Assembly: GCF_009914755.1 (NCBI RefSeq)
Contig: NC_060926.1
DNA: 64,000 nucleotides
Direction: 5' to 3' (one strand)
Source of the DNA: the human T2T-CHM13v2.0 reference genome, Homo sapiens
The position numbers and the translations under genes were made by a program. Each line of letters opens with the position of its first letter. Positions within the stretch are counted from its first letter, which is position 1. The notes beneath the pieces were generated by a model, which saw nothing but the letters and a program-made list of their open reading frames with translations, was not told the DNA's origin and made no database searches. Below, piece by piece: positions 57,430 to 64,000 of the stretch.

Positions 57430-58790
57430 ACACAACAGAGAAAAGGGTAACAGCTTTATTCTAGTCACGAGTCAAACCTGTGTGAGTCAGGGAAATGTTC
57501 CTAGAGGAGCTAGCCCTTGAAATGAGACTTCATGGATGAGGTTTTACAGGTCTATAAATGTGAAAGGCTATCAAAAGAAGAATAACATTGGAAAAAGCTG
57601 AGAGATTTGAGAAGGCACAATGTGTCAGGGAGTGATGAGTGGGCCAGATTTTAAAGTGCCAGAGGGAGAATGGCAACAGATGAGGCTTGCCAGAAACGGG
57701 AAGGTCAGCTCACAAAGGACATTGTGACCAGAGTGGAAGGAGTTTATTTTGTATGATATGGCTTATGGGAAGACAAATGACTTTGAGCAGGACAGTGAGC
57801 CAATTCGATTTGCATGTGAGCCGAGTTTTTATTGCAGAGGGAAAAATGCATCCCTTGGGGACTGGGGAGAGGTGAGGAAGCCAGGAATCATAATTAGCGC
57901 TCAGGGGCCTATTTCAGTAGTCTAGGTTAAAAATGATGAGAATTGTATCTATGTGGTAGTGCAAAGGACAAACACGTGGCACATTTTTACGGTAGAGTTG
58001 AGAGTGTGTGGTGAGTGGAAATGGGAAGTGGAAGGAAAATTGGGAAGTAGAGGATGGTGTCCAGGGGCCCCTCATCAAGACTGTGATGGTGAGAGGAGAG
58101 TCAAGACTTCTGGGAAGATGGCATATTAATATTTGGATATGTTGCATTTGACATGCTTCCTGGCTATCTGGGGAGAGGCCTCCATAGGCACTTGGCTATA
58201 TGGGCCTGAAGCTCAAAATATATTTGGCCTAGGATTTGGCAATCTGTGATGAGAGTGGATATTAATCTTCTGGGAGAGAGTCAGCCAATTAGAAAAACAG
58301 ATCATATGAATAAAGAAAAAGGCCAAGAAAGAGCACCTCAGGGAATATTTACATTTGGAAATGTACTTCTAGAGCAAATGAGAATCACAAATAGTGATGA
58401 TGTAGTCAGCAGTACATCAGTAGTAGCTGAAATCGTAATAGTGGATGCAATATCTTACGTAGAATTTGTAGAAGCAGAGCAGTAAGTAAAAAGATACAAA
58501 TGAAACGCTGGGGAAGAGGAAAAGAGGAATTTCCGCTAGGAACTGTTTAAGAGCTGTTAGGAAAATTACCAAGCCAAATGGTGTCAGAGAAACCAGTGAA
58601 GGGGAAAGGCACTAGAGAGAGGGAGGAGTTGACGATGTCAAAGGACGCAGAAAGGGTGAGTAAGGTAATACTGAAAATTGCTCTTTGCCAGTTAAGAGAA
58701 TAATTGGTAACCTTTGTGAGAGTGATTGGAATATGGTGGTGAGGGTAAAATGCCAAAAAGAGTAGGTGTAGAGGTAAATGGGATTTGAGG
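57430..58790 (-). mobile_element. Long L2 fragment
   Basis: Purine-rich, with tttggatatgttgcatttgacatgc, gtgtcagagaaacca and attggtaacctttgtgagag motifs. Confidence 0.7.
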
Positions 58791-60471
58791 GCTATATACT
58801 AATGAATTGAGGCGTAATGATTGTTGATTAAATAAATGACCTTCTAAGATCTTTTGAAACTAACTTCAGTGTAATGTTAGAAATACAATGGGGTTGTGAC
58901 TTTTAAATGAAATTACTTAGGAATCAGAATGTAAGGCCAGAGAATAATTATTGGGACCAGGTAAATTGTAAGTAGAATTATCAGTTGGCTACCAGTTATA
59001 CCTATCATTCAGTCTCCTGCTATTTTCTTCAACTTCCAGTTTTGAGTAAGTGTCCCCTGATCCAATCATAGTTATTGATGTCATTTAATGCCCCTATTAT
59101 TGATCGTTACTTAGACTTATGCATAATAAGACATAGTAACCACTTTTGACAAGCCATAAATATTAGGGCCATATAATTATTTTCACCTGGCTTATTCCTC
59201 AGAAGTAGAAATTATGAACCATTTTGCAGATCATTTAGAACATAGAGAACATATATTAGCTAGAGCTGATTAATTAAACCTTTTGTAACTTTATTTCCTA
59301 AGAGTTGAATGAGTCATTTATTTTGAATTAGTATAAACCTACTTGTATTCAACTTTTGATTCATGGCTTACAAAGTATGAATAGATTGGGCACAGATATA
59401 AAATTAGCCCAGTGTACTTATTGGTAGATTTCAAAAACTATTTAAATAATATGTTTAGCCCCTACATGAATTAATAGACATAAAAAAGGCCATTCAAGAT
59501 CTGTTCAATGGTTGTCACTGAATGTTGAGATGTTAACAGAGTGGGAGGTTGGCATTTGAGCTGTGGAACAAATAAGAATCTCATGAGATCCTGAAGCCCT
59601 AAAGATGAATCCAGTTTATTTTTCCCATTTCTCTCCCAGACATGCCTCAACCGATCCTTTTTACCTCTCCTTTCATCCTTCCAAGCCCCAAATATTTTAA
59701 AATAAAGAAATGGATTTACATATAGAGACATGTAAACAATAATAATGGGTTAGGATAATGTATTGAGATAATGTTTGTTTCATCCTGCCTGCATCTTCTC
59801 TTCTCCATTACAAGAAGGTAATTAAGCCTCTGTGCATAGTTGCTTCAGGGGTAGCCTTTGTTAGGTAGGATTTTTATTTTATGAAAACATATACTCCTTG
59901 AAAGAATCATGCTAGTGGAGAGAAGAAAATGGGGAGAATATTACTTTTGAGCTTAGAGGAAGTAGAAAGAAGTAGGAGTATTCTCCAAGACTGGGAAGTA
60001 GATGGAGGACTGGGTGTTCCACAAAGACCAAGCCCATGGCTGTGCTCTAGCAGGATCACAAAGGAGACATCCTCCAGGTACTTCTAGGGGCTGCAAATTC
60101 TCAGCATTCAGAAAAATTCAAACCCATGTGCAGCAAGGGATCATGTGTAATTTGGACAATGAGCTGTCATCATTCTCAACCATCTACCAGAATCTCTACC
60201 TTAGGTATAGTAAAGACACCTGTATTATTTGTCACTCTACGGAGAAGGACAGGTGGCCTCCTGCATTCGTAATTGAATTTCTTAAGAGTCAGGTGTAAAT
60301 AAAATTAAATAATATGACATTTTTATACAATGCAGTTGTGGATGCAAATACCAACTAGTATAATTCTTCCATTAAAAAATATATTTTGAGTTCTAATCAG
60401 ACCTATTCTTTCTCAGCTCTGGAAATATAGCCGTGTAGGTGACTGGTATGTTCTCTGCTTTCTGAGGTCTT

Positions 60472-60760
60472 GTGTTAGATACAGTTCTCTATGGATCTCT
60501 CACATTTCTGCACATTGTGTGAGCAGAGGCACTGGGTACTCTTTGTACCTGACTAGCTTTTCAAGGATGTTTGCATAGTAAACAGCCTTGGAAATAAAGA
60601 TAATGTCTCCCTCTGGAGCAGAGGACAGACATGTTTGCTATCCATAAAAAACAGTGTTTCTCTAAGCTCAGAGTTCCTTTCCTGTAATACAGACTACTGT
60701 GTGTACAAGCATCCACCTCTGCTCAGCCTTGTTGCCCCACAAAACTGTGGCAGGCTGACT
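60472..60760 (+). mobile_element. LTR40-type ERVL LTR (5' part)
   Basis: tctctcacatttctgcaca..gagcagaggcactg...ttttcaaggatgtttgcatag..aacagccttggaa. Confidence 0.78.
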
Positions 60761-61491
60761 TTTTAGCTTGCAGTGTAATGTCTTAGATCCTGTGACATGC
60801 TGGATGAAGGAAGGCCTTGTGTCTGGATGTGTTCTTACAAGTTCTTTCTTACTTTACCTGCCTCATTGCTTGGCATTGATTCATTCCAATGAGTTGCCCC
60901 TACCTTTTTTGGGAAAAAAAAAATTAAGCTTGTGAAGTTTGGAAATAGTGAAGAGATCTCAGACTTTAGGATCACAATTATTGTCCTAGATTGAACATTT
61001 CATGGTTTTGTGATATTAGAAAAATCACTTACCATTCTGCCCTCAGTTCCTAATCAGTAAAACAGAGATGAGGATACTCATGACATTGTCACTTGTGAGT
61101 ACTCAACAAAATGACACATTTCTGAAATCCAAAGAACCTGATCAATGATAAAAACGTATATATGCAAAATATTTATTTCTATAATACCTATACTAAACAA
61201 TGCCTTGTAATTTTATAAGTCATTTATTACATAATCCAAATTCATTGGTTCTTGTACTACATTTGTTCTTCTACTTAACAGAAATCACTGGAACATCTAT
61301 GTGCTAAGCTGTATCAATATTTTATGCATTATATAGAGAGAATTTTGGATGGTATGTATGTTTAGTATGATGCCAATCCAGAGAATATGGGCCTAAGTGG
61401 AATATCTCTGGTGAGCAGCATGGAGACATTGAAATGGAAGGTGATGAAGGAAAAAAGAGAAGCCTTGTGTTAAGAGCTCTGCAGCATGTGC

Positions 61492-61997
61492 AGTATTGCA
61501 GTGCCAGCAAGCTAACTTGCCAGTTTCAGAAAAGCTGGTAGATGACATAAGACTGCATCAAAAACAAATGCCTTTATTACTCACAGCGCAGAAAGCAGTG
61601 TGAGTCTCAAATTCATGTTGGATCCCCTTACGCTGAGTCCCATGGGGGTGAGACAGAGCGACTCATGTAGAGCTGGGCATGCAGTGGGGCTGCACCCCAA
61701 CTGAGGGTACCTGAGCCACAGGAAGCTTTATCTTTTATATTGGACAGGAAACACCCATCCCTGAGCTAAAGGAACCTGAATCTTTTACTTTGAATAGTAA
61801 ACATTCCCCTTAAGGGAGATGTTATTTTTATTATAGGAAGTAATAAGTAAAGCTGGCCTGTACCCTCTCTATCTTCCAAGGTTTTCATTATGCAAACATC
61901 TGTGATAAGAGAGTCTCGAATAAAGGGGCAGTTAGTGCATATGCTCACAAGATGTGCAAAAAGATCGAAGACCCATATGGATAATCGCCACCCAATA
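61492..61997 (-). mobile_element. LTR40-type ERVL LTR
   Basis: Reverse strand tattggg...gggtcttcgatctttttgcacatcttgtgagca...gatgtttgcataatgaaaaccttggaagatagaga. Confidence 0.72.
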
Positions 61998-62170
61998 TCC
62001 AGGTGAAGGGGAGGCATCTTAAAGTAAATCTTAGCCTCCTTCACCATTAGGTCTTGGGCCAACCCAAATTATAGTGCAGAAATTACAATACATAATCAGA
62101 TTTTATTATTGCACAAAAATCACTATTCTTCATTTTTCTTTTCATTTCTTTTTCCAACTTTCCCCAATAC

Positions 62171-62189
62171 CACACACACACACACTCAT

Positions 62190-62224
<35 letters not shown>
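62171..62224. repeat. Interrupted (CA)n microsatellite
   Basis: Read directly. Confidence 0.95.
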
Positions 62225-62227
<3 letters not shown>

Positions 62228-62240
62228 GAAGGAGATAAAA

Positions 62241-62460
62241 CATACAAGAATAAGAATGATACAATGGACTTTGGGGACTGTGGGAGGAAAGGGTGGGAAG
62301 GGGGTGAGGGATAAAAGACTACAAATTGCGTTAAGTGTGTACGATTCAGGGATGGGTGCACCAAAGTCTCACAAATCGCCACCAAAGAACTTACTCATGT
62401 AACCAAATAACACCTGTTCCCCAAAAACCTGTGGAAATAAAAAAATAAAAAATAAAAAAA
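62241..62460 (+). mobile_element. L1PB 3' end with A-tail
   Basis: aatgatacaatggactttggggact...gggataaaagactac...accaaagaacttactcatgtaacc. Confidence 0.9.
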
Positions 62461-62576
62461 GAAGAGGAAAGAATGAGAAGGAGGTTAGGAGAGAAAGAAA
62501 ACAGGACTTCAGAGAAAAGTAAATGAGAAAGCAGATATAGGGATTTATGGTATTTCATCATGGCTTTAGACATCTG

Positions 62577-62666
62577 TTAGGTTGGTGCAAAAGTAATTGT
62601 GGTTTTTGCCATTATTTTTAATTCTTTTGCCTTTACTTTTAATGGCAAAAACAGCAATTACTTTTG
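62577..62666. mobile_element. MADE1 mariner MITE with an internal duplication and truncated right TIR
   Basis: ttaggttggtgcaaaagtaattgtggtttttgccatta...taatggcaaaaacagcaattacttttg. Confidence 0.92.
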
Positions 62667-62707
62667 AAGATTAGAATGCTTAATATGAACCTCAAAGTGA
62701 GTATTTA

Positions 62708-63005
62708 TTTATTCATTTATTACATATAAAAAGCTGTACATATATAATGTATACAGCTCTGAGCTCTGGGATAAGTAAACATCTGAGAAACTATTACCAC
62801 CATGAAGGCCATAAACATACCCATCACCTTCCAAAGTTTCCTCCCTGCCTTTTCTTTCTTTCTTTATTTATTTTGCAGTAACAAAACTTATCATAAGATC
62901 TACCCGCTTAGCAAGTCTTAAGCGTACAATATTTTATCATTAATTATAGGTTCTATGCTGTACAGTAGATCTCCATAACTTACTTATCTTGAATAACTGA
63001 AACGT
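62708..63005 (-). mobile_element. L1MA/MB 3' end
   Basis: cataagatctaccc...atgctgtacagtagatctc; TSD aaagtgagtattta / aaagtgagcattta. Confidence 0.85.
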
Positions 63006-63227
63006 AAAGTGAGCATTTAAGTAATATACTCCATGAATAAGAGTAAGTATGTACATTCTGCCAAGATGTAATAGGTAGGATAAATCTACCTTGCTTGAAA
63101 CCAAAGTCTAGTATATCTTTCCATGCATATTGTCTTCAGCATCTTACTTCAGGCTCCCTCTTCAGTTGACCATTGAGAATGTGAGGATATGGAGCCGTGC
63201 GGTTGATTTTCATGTCCTATACCGGAA

Positions 63228-64000
63228 CAGGATAGGCACAACCTTAATATTTGTAGGGCCCAGGACAATAGTACAACTGGAGGCCTACCTACTATATGTC
63301 TAAATATTTTATGAATCAGTCTAACTGTGAATAAAAATATGTTCTAGCCTCATCTTGACAAGCATACTGTCACAATAGTGAAAAATATGTGCAATGCTAT
63401 ACTATTTCTATGACAGAAAGTCAGCAAAGTCTCAGGGTCATCTAACTTTAAATATGACTATCCAGTTAGGTGTTCTGTTGATGGGATGCATAAGAAATAA
63501 AGTCAATTTATACAAACTATGATATCTTTTTATATAACATTGACTTTTCTTGCCTTCATTTCAGCAAAATTGTATATTATGTTATTAAAGATTCTTACGT
63601 AATTTGTGTTGTGTTGAGACTAATTGTCTTAAAAGATTTAAAAATATAATAGTAAAGTACACAAACTTTAAATATATTTTCCAAAAATCAAAATGAATTA
63701 CTATAAAAATTCAAAATATTTTTATGTATGTGTTTAAAAGTTATTTTTTATAAATATTTTAAATTAGCTTGCAAAATTTAAGGGTATAAGAAAAATGTAA
63801 TTAATAAATATTACATTTTTAAATCAATTGTATTAAATTAAATTTCATTTAATTTGTTTATGAAAAGAAATTATTAGCAATTGTACTATTAAATGACTTT
63901 CTAATTGCCAAAATAAAGGACTGTATCATGTTTTATACAGGCTACATTGCGACTCAAATATATGTACAATATGTACAAATTTAAGAATATAGTGAATTTA
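63228..64000. mobile_element. Probable hAT-Tip100-type DNA transposon relic
   Basis: Starts cagg...taatatttgtagggcccaggacaa..aactggaggcc, followed by an AT-rich interior. Confidence 0.4.

Overview
AT-rich, repeat-dense primate DNA, human-like (AluJ/S/Y, primate L1s, MER4/MER41 LTRs). It lies inside the very large alpha-N-catenin gene CTNNA2, transcribed on the + strand. The only clear coding sequence is one 196-nt exon (12691-12886, residues V35-Q99 plus the first base of G100). Everything else is intron: about 13 Alus, many L1/L2/MIR fragments, solo LTRs (LTR47A, MER4A1, MER4B, MER41A, two LTR40-type, MLT1/MLT2), DNA-transposon relics (MER1A, MER5A, MER20, MADE1) and microsatellites. The other ORFs in the track are Alu/L1-derived or random. 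Most unusual observations: (1) an Alu whose central linker is replaced by a 43-bp copy of an LTR47A segment 1.7 kb upstream; (2) a 44-bp-arm fold-back hairpin inside an L1 5'UTR; (3) that same L1 is 5'-intact, ends just after ORF1, has no tail, yet is flanked by a TSD; (4) the exon is bracketed by inverted Alus, and its single-exon circle would carry an 84-aa junction-spanning ORF; (5) candidate cryptic cassette and terminal exons. Repeat subfamily names come from recalled consensus motifs, not from RepeatMasker, and boundaries without a TSD are approximate.
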